From positions 3,933 through 67,932 of IMG/VR virus record IMGVR_UViG_2877705454_000002: DNA of 64,000 nt; one strand, written 5' to 3'. Positions 9,148 through 18,092 of the stretch are shown here, piece after piece. The position numbers were made by a program, and so were the translations under genes. A model generated the notes under the pieces. The model worked only from the letters and a program-made list of their open reading frames with translations, had not been told where the DNA came from and did not search any database. The DNA is from a virus (Duplodnaviria; Caudoviricetes). Each line of letters starts with the position of its first letter. Positions within the stretch are counted from its first letter, which is position 1.

Positions 9148-9815
9148 CCGCCCGCGCATCCGCCCGCGTCCCGAACGGGCTCACCGTTCTCGACCTCTGC
9201 TGCGGCGCCGGCGGCCTCTCCTGGGGCTACTGGCTTGCCGGGTTCGACGTCGTCGGGGTCGACAAGTTCCCCATGCCGAACTACCCGTTCGAGTTCCACC
9301 AGGCCGACGCCCTGGAATACCTGGCCGCCATAACCGAGTCGGGCGAGGTCGAGCGGTACGCGATCGTCCACGCCTCCTGGCCGTGCCAGACCAAGGCGCG
9401 GGTCACCGCGTGGCGCGGCAGCCGGGAGAACCACCCCGACCTGATCACCCCCGGCAAGAAGCTTCAGCGGGCGTCCGGCCGGCCGTGGGTCATCGAGAAC
9501 GTTCCCGAAGCCGCGTGGGACGGGACGCTGCGCCCGGATTACATCCTGTGCGGCTCCCAGTTCGGCCTGAACGTCCGTCGGCACCGCGTCTTCGAGACGT
9601 CGTGGGGCGGCGGCGGGGAGCTGCTCCCGCCCTGCTGGCACCCGAAGGGCGCCCGGAAGCTCATGGCGTTCGAGCACAAGGACGAACGCGCCTATGCGGA
9701 CGCGATGGGCTGCACGTGGATGAACAAGACCGAGGGCCGCCAAGCCGTGCCGCCCGCCTACTCCGAGTGGATCGGCCACCAGTTCCTGGCGCTGCACGTC
9801 GACCAAGCCGCGTGA
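9144..9815 (+). CDS. Short C5 cytosine DNA methyltransferase (copy 2)
   Basis: LDLCCGAGG, SWPCQ, VIENV, RHRVFE, QAVPP. Confidence 0.88.
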   Translation: MTARASARVPNGLTVLDLCCGAGGLSWGYWLAGFDVVGVDKFPMPNYPFEFHQADALEYLAAITESGEVERYAIVHASWPCQTKARVTAWRGSRENHPDLITPGKKLQRASGRPWVIENVPEAAWDGTLRPDYILCGSQFGLNVRRHRVFETSWGGGGELLPPCWHPKGARKLMAFEHKDERAYADAMGCTWMNKTEGRQAVPPAYSEWIGHQFLALHVDQAA

Positions 9816-9890
9816 CCACCCACGCATGCCGGCCGCCCGGAGGCGTATTCCGGGCGGCCGTGCCCCCACCCCATCACGGAAGGACCCCCG

Positions 9891-10157
9891 ATGACCAGCA
9901 CCACCGAAACCGCCCGCGACCCGTTCGGGCCGCCCCTGCCGACCGCCGAGGAAGCCGCCGCCGCTGGGCGGATGGGCTGGAACCTGCGCTGCAACTCGTG
10001 CGGAGGCTACGGCGCGGCCTGGGTCCCGAAGATGCGGCCCGGCTGGGGTGCGCTCGCCCTGTGCCACCCGCACGAGCGGGAGCTGTACGCGATGCAGCGC
10101 CGTCACGCCGACGAACTCGCGTCGCTGGCGACCGTCAACTTCGAGCAGGACCGGTGA
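9891..10157 (+). CDS. Hypothetical protein (CxxC/CxxH)
   Basis: RBS AAGGA, 88 aa. Confidence 0.65.
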   Translation: MTSTTETARDPFGPPLPTAEEAAAAGRMGWNLRCNSCGGYGAAWVPKMRPGWGALALCHPHERELYAMQRRHADELASLATVNFEQDR

Positions 10158-10162
10158 CCGCC

Positions 10163-10924
10163 ATGAACCCCGAGACCGCCCGCCTGACCGTCCGTGCCCG
10201 ACTCGTCGCGTACCTCCAGCAGTCGGGGCTGAGCACGGCCCGCGCGGAGGCGAACATCGATGCGCTGCTGGCCGAGGAGCGCGCCGCCCCGCCCGTCGTC
10301 TCGTCTTCCGGTCGGGCCGCGCTGCTCCACGAAACCGCACTGTCCGCCACCGAGCGGCAGTTCCTGACCTTCGCCCTGGACCTGGCCGCCGACGAGATGG
10401 CCTCGCGCGGTGACGAGTTCGGTGCGGAGGACGAGGCGGCGCTGGACCTGCTGCGTCGGATGGCTGCCGAGGAACAACCCGCCGAGACGCAGGACGGCAG
10501 CCGGGACGCGATCATCGCCGACCTGCTCCCCGCCTGGGAAGCCGTCTACGAGCCCGGCAACGTCTCCGACTACCTGATCGGCTACGCCAACGACCAAGAC
10601 GCAGCGACGGGCGCCGCCGAGGCATGGATGCGGTCGAAGGCCGAGGTGACCGGCCGCCTGGAGTGGGAGCCCTGGGGCACCGCCACCCCACTGCCGGACG
10701 GCTACGACGCCTGGTTCGAGTTGGTGGAGCGCCACGACGACGGGATCGACACCGGGCCCGGCATCATCGTCCGCCACCGCATCGAGCCCGTTGTCGGGGA
10801 GCAGCCCGACACCCAGGAGACGCGGCACGTTGGCGGGAACGCGGAGGACTGCCCGGCCTGCCAAGAGCGGGGCTTCGACATGCTCAGCCACCCGTGGACC
10901 TGCCCAGGCCCGGCCGCCCCGTGA
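10163..10924 (+). CDS. Mosaic hypothetical phage protein
   Basis: Coupled ORF with typical codon usage. Confidence 0.65.
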   Translation: MNPETARLTVRARLVAYLQQSGLSTARAEANIDALLAEERAAPPVVSSSGRAALLHETALSATERQFLTFALDLAADEMASRGDEFGAEDEAALDLLRRMAAEEQPAETQDGSRDAIIADLLPAWEAVYEPGNVSDYLIGYANDQDAATGAAEAWMRSKAEVTGRLEWEPWGTATPLPDGYDAWFELVERHDDGIDTGPGIIVRHRIEPVVGEQPDTQETRHVGGNAEDCPACQERGFDMLSHPWTCPGPAAP

Positions 10925-11309
10925 CGACCCTGCCGGCCTGTCTCCCGGCCGTGATCGCCGCCTGCATGGTCGCGGCCGGGGCGTTCGCGGTCCTCGTGCC
11001 GGTGGGGGCGTGGATCGACTGGCGGGAACGACGGCGGGTGGGGGCGAGGAAAGCCCTCAGCGCCCCTCTCGCGGCCGAAGTCCCCGCGAACGCACCGGCG
11101 GAGGTTCAGCCCGCCACGGGCGCGCCAGGCGGGCGCCTGCGGCTTCGCTCAACTCCCGTGCCGCCCACCGCTCCGCCCGCAACAGGCCCGTCTCGCCCTC
11201 GGGGTTGTTGCCAGGCGGCCTCACGGGGCGTTGGTGGGGGTTTTCCCGCACCGCCCCCGGAACGGCCCTCACAGAGCCACTCAGAGGCTTTCGACCAGCA
11301 GGAGACACC

Positions 11310-11726
11310 GTGATCCGTGAGACCCGCTTCCTCATCAGCCGCAAGCCCTACGCCATTGACCTGTCCACCGTCACCGGCAAGCAGCACCCGCGCGGCGACC
11401 TCCACGCCTTCAGCGGCTCCGCCAACGCCGTCTGGTACCGGCGCAAGGACGGCGTCACCCGGGCCTGCATCGGAACGATGATGCTGTTCAGCCACTACCT
11501 GCCCGAGCCGCTGAACCTCGAGGACCCGCGGGCGGTCCTTGCCGCGGGTCTGGACGGACGGTACGGCGGCGACTGCCACGGACGGTGGGACGGAGTCGGC
11601 TACTGGGGAGCCGAAGACCTCGACGTCCAGGCGCAGCACCTTGCGACCCTCCGGCCGATGCTTGCCGACTACCCGTCCACCCCGCCCGGCTACGACGGCT
11701 GGTGGACATTCCAGACCCCTGCCTGA
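11310..11726 (+). CDS. Hypothetical phage protein
   Basis: AGGAG RBS and GTG start; followed by a GC hairpin. Confidence 0.7.
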   Translation: MIRETRFLISRKPYAIDLSTVTGKQHPRGDLHAFSGSANAVWYRRKDGVTRACIGTMMLFSHYLPEPLNLEDPRAVLAAGLDGRYGGDCHGRWDGVGYWGAEDLDVQAQHLATLRPMLADYPSTPPGYDGWWTFQTPA

Positions 11727-11780
11727 CCCCGCCCGTCGGCCGCCCCCACCCGGGGCGGCCCCACCACCAGGAGACCTGCC

Positions 11781-12269
11781 ATGGCCCACCTCGACCACGA
11801 CTTCGTGGCCCGCGCGAGCACCGACGCCATCCGCGCCCAATACGAACGCGCCCAGGCCACGGCCGACATGTGGGCCGACCGGGCCCGCGACCTGTTCCTC
11901 CTGCTCTGCGCCCGCGAAGACGCCAGGGGCGCCACTGCACCCGCTGCTCGCCCGACCCGAAAGGCCAACACGTGCCCCGCCAGCTACGTCCCCGAGACCT
12001 GCCCCCACTGCGACGAACCCCAAGACCCGAGCCAGACCGACAAGCACGTTGCCGAGGCTCACGCCAACATCCCACCCTGCACCGCCACCCTCGACAGCGA
12101 GTACCACGACGGTGTCCTGCACTGTGTCCTCCGCGCCTGGCACCGCTCCGGGCACGGCGAGTACGGCGAGTACCACGTCAGCGCCCGCGGCCCGGTCGGG
12201 CGCACCGTGTGGAACGACACCGCCATCGGCGCGACCCCGCACAGCGTCGGCCCGGAGTCCCGACCGTGA
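11781..12269 (+). CDS. Hypothetical His/Cys-rich protein
   Basis: AGGAG RBS, 162 aa. Confidence 0.7.
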   Translation: MAHLDHDFVARASTDAIRAQYERAQATADMWADRARDLFLLLCAREDARGATAPAARPTRKANTCPASYVPETCPHCDEPQDPSQTDKHVAEAHANIPPCTATLDSEYHDGVLHCVLRAWHRSGHGEYGEYHVSARGPVGRTVWNDTAIGATPHSVGPESRP

Positions 12270-12456
12270 CCGCCCGCGCCAAAGCCCGAACCTGCTGGAC
12301 CGCCGCCACCGCCAGCCTCACCCTCGCCCTCACCGCCATCCCCTGGGGCACACCCGCCGCCATACCCGGCATCACCGGCGCGGTCGTCTTCACCTGGCTC
12401 GCCGCCGGCTACCGCGACCAGCACCGAGCCCATGTCCGCCACTGCGAGCAGGTCCG
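12266..12456 (+). pseudogene. Two-TM membrane protein gene apparently truncated at repeat copy 2
   Basis: VTARAKARTCW... hydrophobic helices; the frame runs without a stop into the non-coding-looking repeat. Confidence 0.45.
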
Positions 12457-12585
12457 CCCCCTGACCAGCGGAAACCAACAAGACCACCACACACCACACC
12501 CACCCCCAACCAACGACACCACCGCCCCCCTTTTCCGTGCATGCCATCCATCACCACAGAACGGACACCATGAACACGACAGACG
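12454..12585 (+). repeat. 132-bp direct repeat, copy 2
   Basis: Identical by eye to 8627-8758. Confidence 0.92.
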
Positions 12586-13103
12586 GCCACCGGCCCGAGC
12601 CCTGGTTCTGGGAATGCGAGCCCAGCGAATGCCCCAACGGGCCCGAGCCCGACGACACCACCGACGAGTGGGACGCCTGGAGCAACCGCCACGTCTGGAG
12701 CCCCCAGGACGCCCGCGTCTGCCTCGACACCCCCGCCGGTGACGCCTGCGCCGAATGCTCCGAGGACCACGGGGAGTTCGTCCCCTGGTCCGCCTGTCGC
12801 ATCCGCCCCCGCCGAAAGGACAAGCCCATGCCCGAAAGGCCTGCCCATCAGCCCGAGACCGTCCAGGTCGGCGGCCTCGCATGCGTCGAACGCGAATGCG
12901 ACGACTACGTCACCGACGACGGCAACGAGGTCCCCAACCTCGACACCTGCACCCACCTCCGCGAGATGGAGATCTGCCCGGCCTGCACCGCCGCCAACGG
13001 CCGCCCTGAAGACCTGCCCTCGGTCGTCGCCTGGACCGACTGCCCGCACAACACGACCGCCCCTGCCGCTGTTGCCGCCGGCGCCACCCAGGACCCGGCA
13101 TGA
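12570..13103 (+). CDS. Cys-rich hypothetical protein with an internal duplication
   Basis: Shares only the first 5 and last ~14 codons with 8743-9147. Confidence 0.7.
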   Translation: MNTTDGHRPEPWFWECEPSECPNGPEPDDTTDEWDAWSNRHVWSPQDARVCLDTPAGDACAECSEDHGEFVPWSACRIRPRRKDKPMPERPAHQPETVQVGGLACVERECDDYVTDDGNEVPNLDTCTHLREMEICPACTAANGRPEDLPSVVAWTDCPHNTTAPAAVAAGATQDPA

Positions 13104-13816
13104 CCCCGCCCGCCCGCGTCCCGAACGGGCTCACCGTCCTCGACACCTACTGCTGCGCCGGCGGCATGGCCATGGGCTACTGGCTCGCCGGCTTCGACGT
13201 CGTCGGCGTCGATATCCAACCCCAGCCCAACTACCCGTTCACGTTCGTCCAGGCCGACGCCGTCGAGTACATCCGCGCCCACGGCCACGAGTACGACCTA
13301 GGCCACGGCTCCCCGCCCTGCCAGGCGTACACGCCGCTCAACGCCTACAACCACAAGACCTATCCCGACCTGATCGCCCCGACCCGGGCCGCGTTCGAGG
13401 CGGCCGGCCTGCCCTACGTGATCGAGAACGTGGAAGCCGCGGCACCCGAACTCCGGGATCCGGCGCTGCTGTGCGGGCCGATGTTCGGTCTGCGCGTGTA
13501 CCGGCACCGGCTGTTCGAGACGAACTGGGACCTGCCCGCGCCCGCCCACCCCAAGCACGTCGAGCGGTGCGCGAGGAACGGCTACCTGCCCACACCGGAG
13601 AAGCCGTTCATGTCCATCCACGGCGGCCGGCACTCCCGGGCGTGGCAGAACGCGGCCTGCGACGCCATGGGCATGCCGTGGATCAAGGTCCCGGCCGGCG
13701 GCGACATCAAGCTCGGCATCCGCGAAGTCTGCGAGGCCATCCCTCCCGCCTACTCGCGGTGGATCGGGGAGCGCGCGGCCGAGCACATCCTCGGCCAGCA
13801 GGCCGCCGCCGCGTGA
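13100..13816 (+). CDS. Short C5 cytosine DNA methyltransferase (copy 3)
   Basis: LDTYCCAGG, GSPPCQ, VIENV, RHRLFE, EAIPP. Confidence 0.9.
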   Translation: MTPPARVPNGLTVLDTYCCAGGMAMGYWLAGFDVVGVDIQPQPNYPFTFVQADAVEYIRAHGHEYDLGHGSPPCQAYTPLNAYNHKTYPDLIAPTRAAFEAAGLPYVIENVEAAAPELRDPALLCGPMFGLRVYRHRLFETNWDLPAPAHPKHVERCARNGYLPTPEKPFMSIHGGRHSRAWQNAACDAMGMPWIKVPAGGDIKLGIREVCEAIPPAYSRWIGERAAEHILGQQAAAA

Positions 13817-13888
13817 CCGCACGCAGCCGGCTGCTCCGGGGTGTGTCCGGAGCGGCCGTGCCCACCACCGTACCGAGAGGAACCGATC

Positions 13889-14374
13889 ATGCCCCAGCAG
13901 CCCATCCCCGACACCCCGCACAACCGCATGTCCGGCCCGATCCACGGCTGGTTCAGCCTCAGCTACAGCAACTACCAGGTGCTGAACCGCACGTTGATGC
14001 AGTGCATGCCGATCGCCTGGCAGGACCGCATGGTCGCCTGCCTGGAGGAGCTGCGCGACGCGTTCGAGCACGTGCCGCAGGCCGAGTGCTTCCGCGTGGA
14101 GGCCGCGACCGAGCACGAGGTGTCCGACCTCGACGAGGAGCAGCGCAAGCAACTCGGCATCACGGAGGACTGGTACCGCGACCAGACCCCTCCCGACGGC
14201 CTGTCCGTGGAGGGCTTGGCCGAGTGGGAGGCCGAGCACGAGGACCCCGACGGCCCGTCCTACCACCGCGACGGTGAGGAGATCAACGGAGGCGACCGTG
14301 TGCTGCTCCCGGCGGTGGATCCGGTGCCGCACTACCGGCATGCCGCGTACATCGCGCCGAAGACCGACGCGTGA
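13889..14374 (+). CDS. Hypothetical phage protein
   Basis: GAGG RBS; IHGWFSLSYSNY. Confidence 0.72.
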   Translation: MPQQPIPDTPHNRMSGPIHGWFSLSYSNYQVLNRTLMQCMPIAWQDRMVACLEELRDAFEHVPQAECFRVEAATEHEVSDLDEEQRKQLGITEDWYRDQTPPDGLSVEGLAEWEAEHEDPDGPSYHRDGEEINGGDRVLLPAVDPVPHYRHAAYIAPKTDA

Positions 14375-14694
14375 CCCCACCGACTGATCTTGGAGTGATC
14401 GTGAACCAGCCCACCCAGCCCCCGGCCGACGAGACCCGACCGACCGTCACCCCCGACCCTGACCGGAGCGGCGTGATCCTGCACCTGCCGGACGTCAGCT
14501 ACGTGGACACGCAGGTGTGGGCGGTGGATGTCGGCCTGTCGCCCGAGGCGCTGGAAGCGTTGCGCACGACGCTCGCTGTCCTGCCGACGCCCACCCAGTC
14601 CAACGAGCGCCGCGACCGGTACGCGGCAGCCATCCGCGACAACGACGGATGGGTCCTCGACGGCGGCCAGCACATGCTCGACGCGCCACCGTGA
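14371..14694 (+). CDS. Hypothetical phage protein
   Basis: Coupled ORF. Confidence 0.55.
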   Translation: MTPPTDLGVIVNQPTQPPADETRPTVTPDPDRSGVILHLPDVSYVDTQVWAVDVGLSPEALEALRTTLAVLPTPTQSNERRDRYAAAIRDNDGWVLDGGQHMLDAPP

Positions 14695-14776
14695 CGGGCT
14701 TCAACGATCCGCAGCCGCCCCGCCCCAACCGCGCCACCCGACGCGCACTGAAGCGCGCAGCACGGAGGAAGAACCG

Positions 14777-15307
14777 ATGACCGACCAGCACAACGAGTGG
14801 ACACAGATCGAGGCCCGCGCCTTCAACGCCGTCCTACCGGCCCTGCGCGCGGCCGGCGAGTGGCTGCCGCTGACCGCCCGACGCGCCGTCGCAAACGCCG
14901 TTCTGACGGAACTGAAGCGCGAGCTGGACGCCCTCGCCGACTACGAGAACCGCCTCACCTGGCACACCACATGCGAGGCCTGTGCCCGGATCCTCGACTC
15001 CAGCATCCGCGAAACCGAACGTCGGGAACGCGCCGAGAACGCCCTCGCCCGCGTGCGTAAGGCCTGCGACTCCGTGAGGGCAGCCGACCAAGGCCACAAC
15101 CCCGCAGTCGACTGGGTGGTCATGCGCGTCCTCGAAGCCATCGACGCCCGCCTCGTCAACCAGTCCGCCCCCGTCCACTGCCCCTGCAACGGCGTGCACT
15201 TCCCCAGCCCGGACAGCTGCCGCTGGTGCAAGTGCCACCGGACCGGCAGGACCGCGCCTGTCCCGGCAGCGACCGAAGCGACCGACACCACGAAGGAGCA
15301 GCAGTAA
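14777..15307 (+). CDS. Hypothetical phage protein
   Basis: GGAGG RBS, ATG at 14777. Confidence 0.7.
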   Translation: MTDQHNEWTQIEARAFNAVLPALRAAGEWLPLTARRAVANAVLTELKRELDALADYENRLTWHTTCEACARILDSSIRETERRERAENALARVRKACDSVRAADQGHNPAVDWVVMRVLEAIDARLVNQSAPVHCPCNGVHFPSPDSCRWCKCHRTGRTAPVPAATEATDTTKEQQ

Positions 15308-15375
15308 CGGGCGTACCATCGGCTCACCGGCTGCTGCTCCCGCTGCTCGTAGCCGCCGGGCTGCTACAGCACAAA

Positions 15376-15408
15376 GCGCCCCTCGCCATCTCCCGTGGCG
15401 AGGGGCGC
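15376..15408. terminator. Hairpin between convergent genes
   Basis: GCGCCCCTCGCCA...TGGCGAGGGGCGC inverted repeat. Confidence 0.7.
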
Positions 15409-15422
15409 AGCTGTGTTCGGGG

Positions 15423-15680
15423 CTACTCCCCGGGCCCCTCCAGATCCGTGCGCTTCCCCTGCCGGATGCCTGCCTGCCGCTGCGCCCAGTACTGATCGAA
15501 CCAGGCGACGTCGTACTCCGGCCGGGATGAGCCCGGCCTGAACACGGGAGGCGGCCAGCCCTCGGCGGGATTTGTGGCGAGCCGATGGATCAGGGTGCGG
15601 CTCCTGCCCACTCTCTCGGCGAGTTTCGGGATGGTCATCGTCTCCCTCTCCGGCTGCTGCCGCTCGGGGGCGTCGGGCAT
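15423..15680 (-). CDS. AlpA/excisionase-like HTH protein
   Basis: MTIPKLAERVGRSRTLIHRL...GWPPP...EYD; GGAGG RBS. Confidence 0.75.
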   Translation of the reverse strand: MPDAPERQQPERETMTIPKLAERVGRSRTLIHRLATNPAEGWPPPVFRPGSSRPEYDVAWFDQYWAQRQAGIRQGKRTDLEGPGE

Positions 15681-16110
15681 GGGGTAATCCTCCCGGAGAG
15701 GTGTGGACATTGTCCATACTTCTCGATACGGTCGTACTCGGTAAAGGGAAAACCCCTCAGCCCATGTGGAGTTGGCGCTCCGGGCCGAGGGGTGGACCCC
15801 TCTCACAGCGACGAAAGAGCAGGTCCACTGTGGATCGTAGCCAGCCGCAACCCCAGCAGCCCACCCCGGCGCAGCCCGAACCCTCGCGCGCCCCGCTGCC
15901 CCCGCAAACCCACCAACTCATCGCACGCCTCGAACGAGCCCTCACACAATGAGCCGGCCCCGCCCCCGCACCGCACTCCTCCTCGCACTCGCCAGCCTCA
16001 CCACCACCATCACCGCGCTCTACACCACCCTCCACTAAGCCGCCGGGCTGGCGGACAGACAGGCTCCCCTCCCGTCCCGCCAGCCCGGCACCCACGAAAG
16101 GAAACAACCC

Positions 16111-16284
16111 ATGAGCACCAACTTCGACAAGGCGATGCAACGCGAACTCAAGGCCACCGAAGCCGAACTCGACCACAAGCTGAACAGCCCTGACAGCCCC
16201 TCCTACACGCCCGCCGAACTCGGCCGCATCGTCAGCAGCGCCATCCTCGACGCCCAACTCCGAGCCAGCACGGACAGCCAGTGA
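16111..16284 (+). CDS. Small protein of the transfer/spread cluster
   Basis: AAAGGA RBS; MSTNFDKAMQRELK... Confidence 0.6.
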   Translation: MSTNFDKAMQRELKATEAELDHKLNSPDSPSYTPAELGRIVSSAILDAQLRASTDSQ

Positions 16285-16379
16285 CCTGCCCCAAGTGCCG
16301 CGCCCCGATGCGCCAAAAGCCCGGCATCCCCTGGTGGACCTGCACCAACCGCCGCTGCGGATGGCGCCAGCCCGCATAG
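16281..16379 (+). CDS. 32-aa zinc-ribbon microprotein
   Basis: MTCPKCRAPM...WTCTNRRCGW. Confidence 0.5.
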   Translation: MTCPKCRAPMRQKPGIPWWTCTNRRCGWRQPA

Positions 16380-16434
16380 ACCACCAGCCCCGCTGACCGG
16401 CACCCACCCAGCCACCACCGAAAGGAGGCCCACC

Positions 16435-16608
16435 ATGGGCCTGTTCAGCAAGAACGAGACCGGCAAGCCCTGCCAAGCCTGCGGCCACGAGACCACCCCC
16501 GAAGACCCCGCCGTCCGCACCAAGAACGGCAACGCCCGCATCCACAAAAGCCACACCACCACCCCGGGCAACGGCTTCTACGGCGAGAAGACCAAGCGCT
16601 TCACCTGA
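16435..16608 (+). CDS. Small CxxC protein of the transfer cluster
   Basis: AAAGGAGG RBS; MGLFSKNETGKPCQACG. Confidence 0.65.
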   Translation: MGLFSKNETGKPCQACGHETTPEDPAVRTKNGNARIHKSHTTTPGNGFYGEKTKRFT

Positions 16609-16689
16609 CCGGCTGGCCGGTAGCCCACGTCCCACGCCCCGCCCCGGAGCGTGGGACGGAGAGATCCGACCAACCACCGGGAGCCCGCC

Positions 16690-16869
16690 ATGTGCCGCGA
16701 CAAGCGCACCACCAAACAAGTCCAAGGTGCCATCACTGCCGGCGCCCGACTCGCCCACCAGATCGAGAGCGACCCCATGTCTACCCCGCAGCAGCGAGAC
16801 CTCGCCAACAAGCTGCACGACCAAATCAACACCGAACTCACCGAACTCGACCACCGCCGCAACCACTGA
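16690..16869 (+). CDS. Small helical protein
   Basis: GGGAG RBS. Confidence 0.6.
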   Translation: MCRDKRTTKQVQGAITAGARLAHQIESDPMSTPQQRDLANKLHDQINTELTELDHRRNH

Positions 16870-16878
16870 GGAGCGCCG

Positions 16879-17130
16879 ATGCCACGCCGCCAGAGCACCC
16901 TGCTCCGCAACCTGTTCATCGCCAGCCTGATCATCCTTGCCGCCATGCACCCGCAGGCGGTCGGATCCATGGCGCAGCTCGGCGCCGGCCTCGTGCTGGC
17001 CATCGTCCAAGGCATCGCCACCGCGGCCGCCGACAACCCCGGCGCCGCCGCCATCGCCGGACTCGGCGTGTACGTCACCCACCAAATCCGTTCGCACCGA
17101 CCCCGCACCGCCCGCCCGCACCGCGCCTGA
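16879..17130 (+). CDS. Small membrane protein (Spd-like)
   Basis: GAGGAG RBS; hydrophobic helices, basic C-terminus. Confidence 0.7.
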   Translation: MPRRQSTLLRNLFIASLIILAAMHPQAVGSMAQLGAGLVLAIVQGIATAAADNPGAAAIAGLGVYVTHQIRSHRPRTARPHRA

Positions 17131-17153
17131 TCGCCCGCACCCGGAGGCTCCCC

Positions 17154-18032
17154 TTGAACAGCCCGACCGTCCGCCCGGTCACCCGCAACGGACGCACCCA
17201 CTACGTCGAAGAGCCGGCGAAGCTCCCGCCGCTCACCCCCGACGAGCTGATCATGCGCGGAGTCGGGGCAGCCACAGCCGTGGTCGTCATTGGCGCGCTC
17301 ATCTGGTCCACCGTCAGCGTCGGCGGCATGCTCGACATGGTCGCCCCCGCATGGGCTTCCTACATGATCGCCGGGGTCTTCGACCTCGCCTGGATCGTTG
17401 CCATGGCCATCGAGTACGTCCTGCGCTTCGAGCCCCGACGGCAGAAGGTCCCCAAGGCGATCGGCTGGCTCGCGCTCGTCACCTCCATGGCCGCGATCTT
17501 CGCCCACGGTGCGCTCCTCGACAAGCCGTGGATCGGCGCGTTCGGTGCGCTCGTGTCAGCGCTCGCGAAGGGCCTGTGGTGGCTCCTGATGTTCGCCACC
17601 AGCCGCCGCCTCGACAACGACACCCAGGCGTGGCTCACCCTGGAACTCGGCGAGATCCACGCCCGCCGCGCCGAGCAAAACGCCCTCGCCAAGGTCCAGC
17701 GCGAGCGCGAGAAGTACGCCCTGGAGCAGCCTGCGGACACTGTCCACACGGTCGTCCAGGACAGTCCGGACGTGGTGTCCGGACGTCCGTCCGCCACTCC
17801 GGACGTCGCCCTCGACGCGTCCACCCCCAAGCCGGTAACCAGCGAGGACAGCCGTCCGGACCCCCTCCGGACGATCGCGGACCAGGCGTCCGGACCGTCC
17901 GACCTCGTCCGGACCCTGGCCGGACACATCCACCCGGACACCCTCGTCGACACCGCGGTACGCCTCCGCCCCGACCTCAAGGCCGACAGCATCCGCCGCA
18001 CCGCCAAGCGCCTCGGCAACACCTACCTCTAA
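17154..18032 (+). CDS. SpdB-like four-TM membrane protein (plasmid spread family)
   Basis: TTG start after GGAGG; WSTVSVGGML..VAP.W..Y..AGVFDLAWI; 4 TM, coiled coil, low-complexity linker; directly upstream of traB-like gene. Confidence 0.72.
   Translation: MNSPTVRPVTRNGRTHYVEEPAKLPPLTPDELIMRGVGAATAVVVIGALIWSTVSVGGMLDMVAPAWASYMIAGVFDLAWIVAMAIEYVLRFEPRRQKVPKAIGWLALVTSMAAIFAHGALLDKPWIGAFGALVSALAKGLWWLLMFATSRRLDNDTQAWLTLELGEIHARRAEQNALAKVQREREKYALEQPADTVHTVVQDSPDVVSGRPSATPDVALDASTPKPVTSEDSRPDPLRTIADQASGPSDLVRTLAGHIHPDTLVDTAVRLRPDLKADSIRRTAKRLGNTYL
17764..17939. repeat. Cluster of GTCCGGAC/NNCCGGAC octamers (clt/TRS-like)
   Basis: Exact copies at 17764, 17777, 17854, 17888, 17907 plus 4 variants; more at 18501-18549 and 18988. 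Confidence 0.7.
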
Positions 18033-18092
18033 CCCCGCCCGACCCCCGGCCCCGCCCCGTGCGGGGTCGTCTCGTCACCGGAGCACGCCACC

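Noticed and set aside
8627-12585. 132-bp repeat as a DGR TR/VR pair or as att sites of an inserted element
   Set aside because: No adenine-specific mismatches, no reverse transcriptase, and no integrase between the copies
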